Positions 36,208 through 49,787 of a stretch of DNA of 64,000 nt are shown here, one piece after another; position 1 is the stretch's first letter, and each line of letters opens with the position of its first letter. The position numbers and the translations under genes are program-made. Source of the stretch: Eledone cirrhosa (lineage: Eukaryota); assembly GCA_964016885.1 (NCBI GenBank), contig OZ024746.1, positions 72,664,001 through 72,728,000 of the forward strand. Direction: 5' to 3'. The notes under the pieces are model-generated. The model saw only the letters and a list, made by a program, of their open reading frames with translations, was not told the origin of the DNA and did no database searches.

Positions 36208-38921
36208 GTAAATTGCATCGCATGACAGTTTCCTCCCAGCCTGTCTTCATTCTCCCTTACTAACTTTCATTTCCTTCCACATCCATTTCTGTCACTTTTT
36301 CATCCTTGAAAAAAATGACCCAATTACCCAATTATCTCTATTTCTCTCCACAACAATTGCAATTCATTGGTTGTCTTCTTCCCATTGAGCAATATTTCAC
36401 TTATCCACTGAACCATTCTTATTTGTTTTCTTGCTTTTTCTGCTGCTCCACATGTCCCACAATACTCCACTCCATCTAAAAGTTATACAATTTCTATTCC
36501 AACAGGTTTTCCATATAACACCCGTCTTAAAGAAACGTAACCAACCCTTGTCTCTCATATCTGCTCATCATTTTTATCACTGATGGAGATGTCTACTTTT
36601 TTAATCCAAATTCACAACACATCTGACTGTTTCAAAAAAATATATATACAGTGAAATTCCGTTGATGAAATTCACGGGGTATAAAAAAATTTTTTACCTG
36701 TATATATGAATATATGTAGTAAAAAAGGAAAACGGTGCTCAATCTGGTATGAGAGCTGATATATTATGTTCATACATGGAACAAAAGAACTAAGTAAGGT
36801 TTCAAGGTCTAGCTATGACCATCTCTCAAATTTGATTGCTCTTACAATCTGGAGAGATGGTTATTATTGGACCTTGAAACCTTAGGTACCAATTTTGTTC
36901 CATGTATGAACATAAAAAGATACTATATATACACACGCACATACTAATACAATCACACATGCATACATATGTACAACTGATAATCCAGCACCTTAATTTA
37001 TTCAGATATAATATATATATATATGTATGTCCCACCCTTGCAAACAGGGAAAAGCGAACGTAAAATGATGATATAGTTATGGGAGGGCGTTTGAATTTCC
37101 CACAACATGTTAGGTGTTTGACATTACATTATATTAAATTTTAAGCTTCATATTATTTTATAGTTGAAGGAGTGTATTGGTAGAATCATTAGTGTTATAT
37201 CAAATGCTTTGGAGCATCTAGTTCTGATCCTTTACATTTGGAGTCCAAATACTGTCAAGGTTGATAAAATAAAGTACCAGTTAAGTACTGGTGCTGATAT
37301 AATCAACGTGGCCCTTCCTCCAAATTGTCGTCCTTGTGCCAATGTTAGAATTATTATAGATGAGAGGGTAACAAGAATGTTTCTGACTTTGTAATATAGC
37401 CTGATAAAATACATGATCTAGTACAGATCTGGAACCATGGAGACTGAAAAATAGGTGTTATACCTGTGTATATATTTTTTTTATTATTTTACTAATCTAA
37501 TTTTAACCTAATTTTTTTTAATCAAGAATTCATTCATCAGTCATCTGCATATTAAGAAATAAAGAATGTATGTTTAGAAAACGGAAATGGATTTTGCTGA
37601 AACTTTAACTAAATAAAATAGTCTAATAATAACATGTGCTGATGCCTACTTTTTTCCATCCAGCAATTAAATGCATTAAACAAAAATTTGATTGTTTTAT
37701 ATTTTATTTCTGCTCTGTAATACATCTGATAATTTACATTGAGCTAATTTTCTTACTGGTAAGGATAATACAAAATATTGCCATTTCTTATTTATAATTG
37801 TATATAGATTATATATACTAGAATAAAGTACCAGTAATACACTGGATAATTGCTGGCCTTGTGCCAAAAGTAGAAACAATTATTATTATATAAACAGCTT
37901 TGCATCATAGAACCATGAGTGGTTTCAATCGATGCCTATAATACACAGCTGTGGTAGCAAAACTAGAATTATCTCCCCTGCACTGATTGCTAAGAACATT
38001 TATGCTATGGGTCCAGATAAATAAAAATGCCAGGTCGTTTTTGCCAAACCTTGTCTGTCTGTTAAAAATTATAAACAAATATTATTACAAGCACTAAGAG
38101 GGATGCAGATGAGAGAATTGGTAGAATCTATGTGGCATTCATGTGTTTCTCTAAGTTCAAATTCCACCAAAACTGGCATTCGTTCAGCCTTTTGATGTCT
38201 ATAGAAAAGAAAAATAGCATCTGTTCTATGATACCACTTTTATATAAGAACCTGTCGTTTCAAACACAAAGTTCCTCATCTAATATTTTGAAAAACCCAC
38301 GGACTGTGTATTTTATTAGAAAGATGTTAACAAAAGGGTTAGAGATTAATAACAGTATTTTAGTGGTATTTATATCATGAGTCAAGAAGGCTCTTCAGCA
38401 GCGTCGAAGACATGACAACCACCTTAGTGCTGGTACAAGGACGTGAGATGTTGTCCCTGACTCTTTTGAGGTCAGTAGTTCTAACAAAGTAATAACTTGG
38501 TAAGTGACAACCTGCCGAACCTTGTTAGAAGGGAAAACAGGCATTAAATGACAATGTAAGGCAAAGTCGGCATTGTGGAAATTTGAACTCAAAATATAGA
38601 CAAGCATAAATAAATACAAAACATTTCATCTGGTCATGTACTGATTCTGCAATTCATCATTCTGAATAATTATGGTTTATAATTTAGGTACCACAAGGCC
38701 AGCAACTTTCGGGGGGATCGATTAAGTCCGTTCACTGGACACAAACGTTTATACAATCTGGTTATTCCCAAATAGGTATTTATAGATGTGATTTAGGTCT
38801 ATGAAAACATGTGTGCATTTAAATAACTTCAGAAAACCAGTAAGTTATATAAGCATAGAACTTTTTCTGCATATTTGGCACCAGAGCAGCTAGTATGTGT
38901 GTGAATATATATATATATAGA

Positions 38922-39098
38922 CAGGTATACCTCACCCTACGTCGTTAATTGGTTCCAGAAGTCAAGATTTAAGTCGAAAAACGACGAATGTCGAATTACC
39001 CCCTATAAACCGCTAATAGGCATTCCCCTGTGCATTTTAAATTTAAAAAAATGTTCATGGTTTAATATTTTTGGCCGACGTAAGCCGATTTATACCTG
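38922..39098. mobile_element. Tigger/pogo-like MITE
   Basis: CAGGTATACCTCACCCTACGTCG ... CGACGTAAGCCGATTTATACCTG|TA imperfect TIRs. Confidence 0.6.
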
Positions 39099-39695
39099 TA
39101 CATATGGAAGCTCTTTAGTCAAATCAACAAACACTCTAGTGTTCGTGACACCAGCACACTATGTAAATTGGTTGATGATAGTAAGAACATCTAGCGGTAG
39201 AAACCGTGACAAAACGGGAATGTATGTAAATGAAACGTGGTACCCTGGTCCATATATAAAGTACTATCAACTCATGAATAAACGAAAGTTAAAGAGAACT
39301 TTCGAAAGCCAAGTAACTTGCTCCATCTCTCTCTGACACGCGAATATAGAAAATGAGATGGGAAAAGAGTGATTTATTGATATATCTAGTCACACACAGA
39401 CGCACAATTATTCGGAGGTGTATACGGGTGATACCAGTTACTTCGTAGAAACACTTGCGTACATAGTTAAACATAACAGAAACACACCCAGTTTATGAGA
39501 GAAAGAGCTACTGCATAGAAACACATACATAGTTATTCAGAAGTGCATGAAGATGGTAATATTTACACGGTTTCTAGCAGGGTGAATAGACGTTAAATGA
39601 TGGTGATGAAACACATACACCCAGTTAATGGGAGATGTATAGAGTGGGAAGAGACAGACACAAATATAGAAAGGAGAAAGAGATGAAATAGATTT

Positions 39696-39730
<35 letters not shown>

Positions 39731-39944
39731 AAAAAACGGCAGACAAGCCCTGTATATGTAGGCTGTTTGACTGTCTATGCGTGTGTATGGTGGGATGGAG
39801 AGAAGTGAGATAAATATAAACCACAAGATGCAGACAAGACATGAAGAGAGTAACAGGTATACACACACATAATACAAAATGATGCCATACCCAATGACTG
39901 GCGTAACTGCTACAAGGGCAAATGTGGTGCACTAGACAGGAAAC

Positions 39945-40860
39945 TACCTAAGCATCAAATTGATGAAAGTTACAGAAAGAGCCATTGTACAACTGATTAG
40001 GGATCGAATTAACCTACATGAGATGCAGTTCCAATTTGTGCCAGATAAAAGTACTACCGATGTTCTTTTCCTTGTGAGGCAACTACAGAAGTACTTCGCT
40101 AAAAGCAAGCCCCTAAGCATTTGACAGATCCTAAGTTTCCTAATCTGGTGGACGCATAGGAAACTAATGGTAAATGAGTGGCTTATGGGGCCAGTACGAG
40201 TCGTGTACAGATGACCAGTCGGCAAGGTTAAAATTAATGAGTTTAGCGTGAAAGTTAGAGTTCACTCGGGCTCCGTTCTTAACCCCCTCCTGTTTATTAT
40301 CGTCCTTTAGACTATTACAGAAGACTTTAAAACAGGCTGCCAATGGGAACTCCTGTATGCTAATAATCTAACTCCCATAGCTGAATTTGAAAAATCCAGA
40401 TCTAAAAGCATAACCTAAAATCAAAAGGTCTTAAAATCAACTTGACTACGTAGAGAGGAAAACAAGGCCCTGATCCCTGGAAGGAAAGAAGTGGGTAGAA
40501 ATTCTATCCTTTGTCCCAAATGCAAACTATGTGGACACAAAAGATGAAGTGAGATCTCAGGCAGACTAGAAAAATACGTAGGTTCTACAGGTGGTCGATG
40601 CACAGGAAACAAGCTCTATCAAATTCGTAGAGGGTTCCATAGAAGTAGTTTACACCTGGGTGACCAAATTAGTAGTAGAGGTGTGTGTTCTGAAAGTGTG
40701 GGAGTGGGAACAAGATGGAAAAAGTTCAGGGAGCTGCTACTACTACAGCTAGCTACAAATGGTCTTTCCCTCAAAATGAAAGGCAAAAATTGTACGACGC
40801 TGCATGAGCACTGTGCATAGAGGACCTACAAAGATTGAAAAGAAATGAAGTTTGCATGCT
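39945..40860 (+). mobile_element. Decayed RTE LINE fragment
   Basis: Collinear with 1400-2500 (EMQFQFV..KSTTD.LFLVRQLQ, GCQWELLYA, RNSILCPKC); many indels. Confidence 0.82.
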
Positions 40861-40899
40861 TCACACAATTAAACCCCACAGAGACAACACCCTATCGAA

Positions 40900-41078
40900 A
40901 TCTCTGGCGTTATAATGTACTGCAGAGTTTCCGTGAAGCCACAGAGTATAAGGCTCGCCCCGGGACAGAACGCCAGTCCATCGCAGGGTTATGCCTTCCA
41001 GCTATTGCTGGTACTCATTTTCAATTGAGTATACTGGAGCAACGTGAAATGAAGTGCTTTGCTCAGGAATCGAACCCA
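40900..41078 (-). mobile_element. tRNA-SINE fragment
   Basis: CTGGAGCAACGTGAAATGAAGTGCTTTGCTCAGGAATCGAACCC is the reverse complement of the SINE core plus B box. Confidence 0.65.
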
Positions 41079-41649
41079 CATTTATATGCACATGTATAAG
41101 CGCCCTATAACCTGTATTCTACATATTGACAAGGAAGGGGACGAAGGTAAAAAGATAGAGGGAGGATCGAAGAGGGAAGGGTTATGATAAAATACCTTTG
41201 TATGTTGAGAAGGCTGACTAACTAACATACACAGAAGACGACCAAGTAAAAATAATACTCAGGACACTTATAGACAGATAGACATCTATGTGCAACGGAT
41301 ATATATATAAAAACTTAAGTAGCAACAGTAGTAAACAGGCAAATAGGGGCAGCTAGGCCATGTACATCGCAGAAGGGTCAATACTAATTAGCATCAGGTT
41401 AAGAGGGCCTCCGTTATAGAATAAACAAACTAGGCCTTGGGGAGTTGCACTTGTTTTATAGTGTTTAAATTTTAGAGCTGCAATCTGATTGGTCGAGAAT
41501 GGCACGCGCTTTTTAATCAGCGTCTAGGCATAACAAAAAACGGAAATTTTTATTCAATAATAAATTTTAATTCCTTTGTTTGCAATAAAAAAAAAATTAA
41601 ACAGCAAAAAGTATGGGTGGGCGATTGAGATTCTTCAACCCAGTCATGG

Positions 41650-42540
41650 GCGTATATCTTATCTGCACTCCATGAACAAAATGGTGAAGGCATTTCCACA
41701 AACAGCCAACAACAGCTGCATCGCCATCCTTAGGCGGGATGCACACCTAATATTGCGCAAGAAAATGGCAATTCGGGGATCGAGGACACCCGGTCTCGGC
41801 GGTGACGTGCACATAAAGGAAGCAGTTGGTCAGGTTCGAGTATTTGAATGTATTCTCCTCCACTTACAAGGTTAGATGTGTCGTAGCAAGTGATGTGCCA
41901 GATTAGTTGTTTTTTTTTACTCCCATCTGAGAGGGTTATCCCGTCCGGGCGCTTACCATCACCACGATCAAGGCCATCAAGTTCCAGTTGTGACGGGAAA
42001 CTGGCCACCCAAATGCTTTGTGTCGAGGGAACCGACCAGCACTGTGGAGACAAGAGAACGAGTGCACTCTGAACTCGTCGATTATGGCTCCACAGCGGCA
42101 TTTGTGTAACTCACACGCGAAGAGTGCACTCAAGAGTACCAATTGGTGAGGGCACCGTATTGAGCCACGTGCCACTGTAAGACAAGCGAGACAGTGTTGA
42201 TACAAGGAAAACTCGATCCGCATTAAAGTTGACCTGCATTTGATGTCCCAATTATGTTTTTCGACCTAGCTCACATTTATCGCCTCAGACTTGAACGGGT
42301 TAATCTTAAGACCGGGGAACGATAGGACTGGAATGATTTTCTGAAGGCCGTCTACGATAGACGCAACAGACTCACCTAGCGTCGTGTCATTCGGATACCA
42401 GACATTGAAAGGCGAGCGGACTGAATTCTGAAGGATTATTTGGAGTATAACTTTGCAAACGTTCTTGCATAAAATTATGAAGGAAGGCTTAAATATATAA
42501 ACCTTAAAATAGCACAGAACAAGGAGCAATTTTAGGTGGT
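41650..42540 (-). mobile_element. CRE-like non-LTR retrotransposon remnant (RT end, zinc knuckle, restriction-like endonuclease)
   Basis: WYPNDTTLG (cf. WYLDDGTLG), GLKINPFKSE, CRCG.......H.FSC....GRFPRH, DGKRPDGITL, IWHITCYDT. Confidence 0.75.
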
Positions 42541-45500
42541 TCGGATCAAGAGGATTAACACAATAATTTTAAAAAATAACCCGGAGCGAGCGAATATAAT
42601 AGTTTGCTTACGATTAGCGTTTGGCTGTGCAATGGGAAAGAAACTCCAATACATGGGTTTGAAAAGTGCACTTAAGCACGAGAACTCGAGTTACTGGTAT
42701 ATAGTTTCGTAGCTATCAAATTACAAAGGAATTCCTTTATGAACAAATCTGTTCACGAGTTGAACCTACACCACGCAAATCTTACCCATTAAAAACAACG
42801 ATTATGAGCTCCCTTAAATTATTATTTAATTTCGGGTAAAGTATGACGATCTCGTCTTTTTATTTGGACTATATTATCTATTCAAGACTGGATTTTATCG
42901 GTATTTCTAGCAGGTTGAGCGAAGCGCGTAGATAGAGGTTGTTGGAAATAGATAACAGATCTCACTTAAATCACACAAAAGAAAAATAATGGGACAATAG
43001 TCTGCTATACAAAAAAAAAAGAAAAAGTCACGGCTAGAACTCACCGGACCTGAATTAGTGCTCATATACTCTTCTCATTAGTTTCTAATTTTTTAATGAA
43101 GTTTTGCAGATATATTTTCGAAGGTATAGGTTACAACTGTGATAATGGCACTTTTATTGTATTATTTCTTTCTTTTCTTAAGCCATAGTTGTAGAAATGA
43201 CATGTTCTTATATAAGATCTACATTATCTAGATCTCCCATCTATCATTTTATTGGTTTTATCAGCTAGCACTTCCCCTAAAAGTTCGAGTGCCTCCAGCT
43301 TGGTGAATGAACTGAAAGCACAGTAAAATAATGGTTCTCTCGCAACCCACCTAACCCTCAAAGAAAGTCTCCATTACATATTTAAAGCACTTGCCAACCC
43401 AATAAGCATACTAGCAGTTTTTATAATCGGTTACCGCTAGCTTGTCCAATTCAAATAAGAAAGCACTTACATAGCGCCATAAAATCAAAACGAAAAAAAT
43501 ATTCATAAATGTCCTATTTGTCCTTTCATTTATACAGATGAAAAGTAGCTTCATTATTCAAGCAAATGCACGATATCCCATCCTCAGTCGTGCTCGGAAA
43601 AAAAATTGATTTAATTTCTCCAACCAACAAGATATAAATACAATCCGAGTCCACCAGCCCTATTAACCAGTATATAGCAACGAAGCAGGACCGAAGCACT
43701 ACACCATGTGCTACCACAAACAATGACATCACATCTACCTTCTGTTAACCTACTTCAGCCTAACCAACACACACGAATGTAACTAAGAAGACTGCAAAGA
43801 TACGTAATGACCTTACATTCCTCTTCCAAGTTTCATTATACATAAAACAATTATGGTAATCGTAATATTTTTAAAACTATAAGAAATTAAAATCCTAAAT
43901 TTCTACATAAAGCGATTCAATTTTTTCGTTACCAATTCCTAATGATTTCCAAATAATCAAAAAGAATTAACGGATTTAGTTATTTAACCTTTTTTTTTTT
44001 TTTGCTGTACTTTACGAGTTGTGATCACTGCCATTAAATAAATTGACAGTCGACTTTACACAACTCGATCATTTCTCACTAACCCAAGTCAGAACTGTCT
44101 GGACATGGCATAGAAAATCTAAAAATCTATCTTAAGTTCAAATCGTTTGTATCTGAAATTCGAATGCCTATTGAACAAGGCGAAGTATAACAAATCAGTA
44201 GCATAAGTATAACAAATGTAGTAGCATAAACTATTTGAACTGAGTTCGCTGTTCTGACAGATAAACCACATTTAAAAAAAAAAAACGTGCAAGGCCATTT
44301 AGCACGTCCTTAATGTAAGAATGCTTTGTCGACCAATGCAGAATGCTGTTTTTAAGTATTTCCCCATTCCTTGAAGAATGCCAAAAAACTTGTTAATTTT
44401 GTTTCAGATGTTTACATAAGAATTTCAATCAAGTCTATTTTCGGATTTTAGGCCATTTCCTCTTATCGTCTGGCTAAATACCAACCAGTGTGATGAGTAA
44501 ATAAATATATATATATAGTCGTTGCCAAAAACTTAGGTCTTTGGATAAAGCTTTTTCTCGTTTTCCTCCTAAGAACCCTTTAGCTTACCATATTACTAGT
44601 GGAAAACTGCCTATTTTCAAGGCATTTTAAATTTGGATAGATTTAGTAATAACTCTGCATAGCATCAAACTTTCAATCCTAGGGCCGTGGGTCCATTAAA
44701 CAAGTTGGTGTTTGGAACATAACTTACCAAAGGTTCCTACACAAAATAATAATATAAATACTTTAGAAATACTTTAAAGATGGATTTTGCACCCCTCCCG
44801 GATCATGCATTCGTCAATGAAGGAAAGGTCAACTATCAACAAGTCAATATACAATAAAAAAAATATATATGAAATAACGAATACAGAAATAACAAGAATA
44901 CGGCTTATATTTACAATAAGATGTTTTTAATTGTTTTTTATTTTTTTTAACTTACATTTTTGGCTTGGAAAAATATATTTAAAAAAAAAACTTGGGGGTT
45001 AGGGGCGACCCCCGGCTGTTTTCACAACTGTTTGTTTATAAAGGGGGAATATTTTATAAGATCTCCTTTTTATGTCTTCCTCCCATTCAATTTTGAAGTT
45101 ATCTTAAAAATAAAGATTAAAAAATATATATATATATATATAACGTATACATAAGAGGAAAATAAAACAGTTATTTCAATAATTAAGAATGTCGATGAAA
45201 TAAAGAGCACGAAATAGGTTTGTGGTGGTGGAATGGGTTCTGGAAAAGGGCGGGAAAACAATCAGAAAAGTATTATGGATGGCTGTAAGTGAAAATGTGG
45301 CAGTGATGTTTATGCCTTTTCGAGAAGGCATTCATTAGCAACGTAACAAAGTAAGAAATATTAAAACTGACTGTTTTTGTCACCCAACATTAGAAGATGG
45401 ATGTCGACTAACCCGACAAAAGGAGAGGGGGATGAAAACCCAAACTCAAATCGAAGATAGCAAGCTTGAAAGAAGGGATATTAACTATGCTAAGAAGGTA

Positions 45501-45689
45501 AATGATTGAAGAGAATGGTCAATGTAGTTCAAACTGATGGGGGAATGTCAGTTGGTCAACACGGTAGATGAATAAGTAGCATCACTGAAGTAAAACAAAG
45601 TTTCCATGAAAGGCACCTCGAAGATGGTAGATACGAGGAAGTAGACTTTTTTAACATCACTCGTAGGTACATATGTATAAGATAGTCAC

Positions 45690-45960
45690 TTGATTGACAG
45701 GTGCAGATTGTTCAGAAATTAATGCGGGTTTTGTTTTTGTTTGAGAATTTAAAAAAAACTCGCACTTTGAAAATGTGAAAAAAATATTTTTGCCAAAAAC
45801 TCAGCCGCAGTAAGTTTGTATAGTCAAGTTACTGTTTATCAATGCCCAGTGCAACGTTGGTTTAAAAAACTCCGTCATGGTAAATCGACTCATTGTATTA
45901 ACGATGAATTGATAGAAAGAGTTGGTGAAACAAAATCTGCACAACTGTTCCAAGAAGCTT
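45690..45960 (+). mobile_element. Old mariner transposase remnant
   Basis: VQRWFKKLRHG resembles the mariner HTH motif QRWFxKFRxG. Confidence 0.45.
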
Positions 45961-47819
45961 CAAAAATGAGTTTAATAATAATTGAGGTCGTTTTTTATAT
46001 CAACGTGTTCATTATTATAAGCTGATCGATATAGGTCACATATCGATGTCAGCGAAAGAAATCTACATGCGACAATTAACCTAAACCGCTTTAAAATTAG
46101 ATTTTAAGTCTTCCGTTGCTGATCAGTAGGGGGGGGGGCAGTAAAGGTTAATCCTATGTTCGACTACCGTTTCTAATCCGTAGATTTAAGTGCGCCAGTA
46201 CTAGTCTTGGTGAACCCCCTACTACTTCCTAAACACGATTTAAAACAAACCATCCGGCGTGATTTTAAAAGCACAGGAGTCGTTCTGCGGTGAGTCATTG
46301 AACTACATAAAGCTATAACAAAGCAGCCAAACCGGCTCTGGCTCATAAATGTTGCTTCAATCTGAGATATATATATATATGCACACACATACGCACTATA
46401 TATATAGTGTATGTGTATTTAACTAGCTAGAATGAATTCTTCCCTCCGAAAACCATTACAAGATGTTTATCAGAGTTCCTAATGGGCACAGAATTATGTA
46501 AAGGTCATCTGGCAAGTTTTAATTAGCTGTGACTGATGTATTATTTAAACATGGTTATTGTTATTGGCAGTGAAAAGAGCGATTTATTTGTCAAAACGAG
46601 TTCGATGAGCAATTCAGCTAGCAATGGAAAGCATGAGATTAGTCGTAGTGTGGCTGACAGGCATTTTTTTTTTTTTTTTAATAAATGCAGAAGGATGAAG
46701 GATGGTAAGAGATAATGAATAGATAAGATACATATAGAACGCCACGTGTTTTCTTTAACAAAACGAGCCTCATGTAAAATGTTTATTTCTGCAATCTCAT
46801 TGGTATTAACAGTTGTGGCCTAACGATAATTGAGCACAAATGGGTTTAAAATTGTCAACATCCATGCCTGGTTGTATCACTATTTTATTTAATGAGACTA
46901 TTACTCATGAAATTAAAACATCTGAACAGAATATTAAAAAAATTTCAATGACAATACTCCATCAAAATAAAAGAAGCCAGACTAAAATACCAAGAGGCAA
47001 ATATAGTATAATTATATAAGGCTAGCTTAAATATCTAAAATTAGAACGAAACTAGTGTGACCTAATTTAAAACCATTTCAGTCCATGAAACTCATTCTAA
47101 ACAAGAAAACTATCCGAAAAATGTACATTTGAGTAGCTGTCCCCCAGGTTATTGGTTAGGACTGTCACACGCTACCACATCCTACTATATATTTTAAATA
47201 CACTATATAGACAACTCATCTGCTATTGTAGAAACCTAACGCGAGCCCAAGTAAATGAAAAAGAAAAAACGGTTTACTAAACTAAGATTTAAAATTAATA
47301 AAAAGAAATTAAACATTATCAAAGAAAATTTGTAATATGGGCTTACTAACATTATGGTCCGTTGGAGAAAGTATATTTTAGACAAAAAATATCTACGCGA
47401 GATTGGGTTAGAAAGAAAAAAAAAATTGCTTTTCATGCGAATTTATATTAAAATAAAATCTTTTTCCAAGACAATGGAGCATAAAGTATCTTTTTTTTTT
47501 TTTTAATCAGTAATGGATGTAGGTAAAAAATTGGAAATTTGAAAAATTCTTTTTTTTTTTCATATTTTGTAAAAAAATTTTCCCACGTAAAATAAAGAAT
47601 AAAAAATAAAAAACGAGCATTGCCCCAAAATGCAATGTTGAAGGAAATTGTTTCCTTTATACTTACTTATTGGCAAGAGAAATATTAATGGAAAAAAAAA
47701 AAGTTAAATTGCCTATTGGATATTTCAAATAGATAAACTCTTCACAAAACAGCCGAGAAATTAATTGCCAAGCTAAATTTCTAATTAAAACCCATGTAAT
47801 TAATGTTAGCCGAAAGTTC

Positions 47820-48102
47820 AAGTCGGCCGCCATCTTGATATACGCGCCAAACAGTTGGCGGGCACCTGCAACTAAATATTATCAAACAAACTGGATTCAA
47901 TATATTTTGGCGTATTAAAAGAAGAGAATTTTATAACATGTTTCACAAGGTTAACGTTAACAACATTCTTAATTTAGATAAAGGAAAAATATATTTCCAT
48001 TAACTTTTCACTTTTTAGACTTGGCGCTCTTTGAAAGTGAAATGTACCACAATTGTTTGAGACACGCGTGTGTGTGCGTGTATGTATGTATGTATGTATG
48101 TA

Positions 48103-48138
<36 letters not shown>

Positions 48139-48434
48139 ATATATATACATACAAACAAAACAGTTTTTATAAATTTTACTTTCTTCAAACAATTATTTAA
48201 TCTAGAATTACTTTATTTTAGTCATGTTTAATTCCAGGGAAAAATATGATTGACGTAATTTATTTTCTCTGGCTTGTCTTATCTCAGATGTTGGATAAAA
48301 CGTTCTTTTTTTTTTCTTTCGAACCAGTGTATGGCGGCGACTCAACTAATGTGATTTTCTTCAAATTATCTTCAGAAGATTGAGATCGCATCGAAGCCGG
48401 TTGATTCGAGCAAAACAATTGACAAGATGTAAGT
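47820..48434. promoter_or_regulatory. Candidate bidirectional promoter
   Basis: Perfect YY1 motif AAGATGGCGGC on - (47826-47836) and ATGGCGGC on + (48331). E2F-like GCGCCAAA, TTGGCGGG and TTTTGGCG lie between them. Outward-facing GTAAGT donors at 47666 (-) and 48429 (+). Confidence 0.55.
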
Positions 48435-48732
48435 AAATATTAACTACGGCATCATCCGAAATATGCTGACTTTCTGGCTAAATTGATTTTTGTTATTCTA
48501 CCTATCATTTATGGGATTTTTTTTTTTTCTTTTGCTTAGCCAAAATAACTGCTGATAAATTTTTTAACTTTTCTAAAGTTATAAATGTCAGAAATAGAAT
48601 TTTGTTTAACTCTCAGCCTATGGAACGTAAAACATGCAGTTCGAGCTGTTTTCTAATTTGAAAACAAAATAGAATTATTTTCAGGAATGATTTATAAAAC
48701 TTAGAGTGTATGTATGTGTGTATATATATGTG

Positions 48733-48765
<33 letters not shown>

Positions 48766-48926
48766 TATATATATATATATATAATGAAGCTATATTGAAA
48801 GATGTCAACAGATTGGGAGGGGGAGCCATGCTCGTTAAATTTTTACAAAAATAAATATTTACAAAAAAAAATTAAAATATTACACAGTAGTATTATCAAC
48901 ATTTATCCTAATTATGGAAAGAAATA

Positions 48927-49787
48927 TCACCAATTAGTGTTGCCGCCATATCCTCCTCCGTACGGTCCCATACCACGTTGTGTGTAGGCACCACCACCAC
49001 GTCCCCGGGTGGGCCCACCACCTGAGCCGTTACCGTAGCCGGTACCAAAGTGTCCATATCCATCGAATCCCTCTCCGTAACCGTGGTAACCGCCTGCTCC
49101 GTAACCATCTCCATAGCCTTGAGGTCCGTAATTCCATCCCTGACTTGCATAATGTCCTCCAGGGTAGGCTCCTCGCATGCCACCGCGGGCACCCATCATA
49201 CTACCACCGCCACGGCCGCCGCGCATGGCCATATTCTGATTGAGTTCGTTCTTCGATACAGCTTTTTTCACCTCGACATTTTTACCGTTCAACATGAAGT
49301 GTTTCTGGATCACACATTTGTCTACGCAGTCGTGGTCATCGAATGTGACGAAACAGAAGCGTTTCGGTTTGCCAGTTGTTCTGTCTTTAATCATTTCGAT
49401 TTTCTCCACTTCTCCATAGTTGCTAAATACTTCACGAACTTGGTCCTCTGACGTACTTTCGTTCAAGCCACCAACAAACATTTTGTTGACGGTGATTTTG
49501 TTCTCCTGGGCCTCCTCACGGGGCATTGCCCTTTTCGTGTCAACGGCTTTGCCATCTATCGTGTGTGGACGTTCTTTCTGAGTCATATCTAAACTGGCTG
49601 GGTCCTTAAACGTTACGAATCCAAATCCTTTTGATTTGTGCGTAGTGCTGTCCTTCATTATAACGCAGTCGACCACATCGCCCCATTTTCCGAAATGTCC
49701 CCGCAAGTTATCTTCTGTGGTTTCGAAGTTTAAACCGCCGATAAATAACTTACAATTTCTCTCCTGCTCTCCAAATTTTTCTGGCAT
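48927..49787 (-). CDS. HNRNPA1: hnRNP A1/A2-B1 (A/B family) RNA-binding protein, intronless CDS, 286 aa; symbol is family-level only
   Basis: RRM1 KLFIGGL/KGFGFVTF, RPHTIDGK..DTKRAMPRE linker, RRM2 KMFVGGL/FCFVTFDDHDCVDK, RGG boxes, G/Y-rich low-complexity tail, RGMGPY PY-NLS. Confidence 0.93.
   Translation of the reverse strand: MPEKFGEQERNCKLFIGGLNFETTEDNLRGHFGKWGDVVDCVIMKDSTTHKSKGFGFVTFKDPASLDMTQKERPHTIDGKAVDTKRAMPREEAQENKITVNKMFVGGLNESTSEDQVREVFSNYGEVEKIEMIKDRTTGKPKRFCFVTFDDHDCVDKCVIQKHFMLNGKNVEVKKAVSKNELNQNMAMRGGRGGGSMMGARGGMRGAYPGGHYASQGWNYGPQGYGDGYGAGGYHGYGEGFDGYGHFGTGYGNGSGGGPTRGRGGGAYTQRGMGPYGGGYGGNTNW

Noticed and set aside
43350-43358. CCTAACCCT, resembling a telomerase RNA template (also AACCCTAACC near 56019)
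   Set aside because: Matches this short are expected by chance; no pseudoknot or H/ACA context identifiable
43580-43735. Possible box C/D snoRNA on - strand (GTGATGT...CTGA)
   Set aside because: Imperfect C box, no clear terminal stem or recognisable guide sequence
48908-49451. Overlapping ORFs around the hnRNP gene
   Set aside because: Alternative-frame and antisense shadows of a GC-rich coding region
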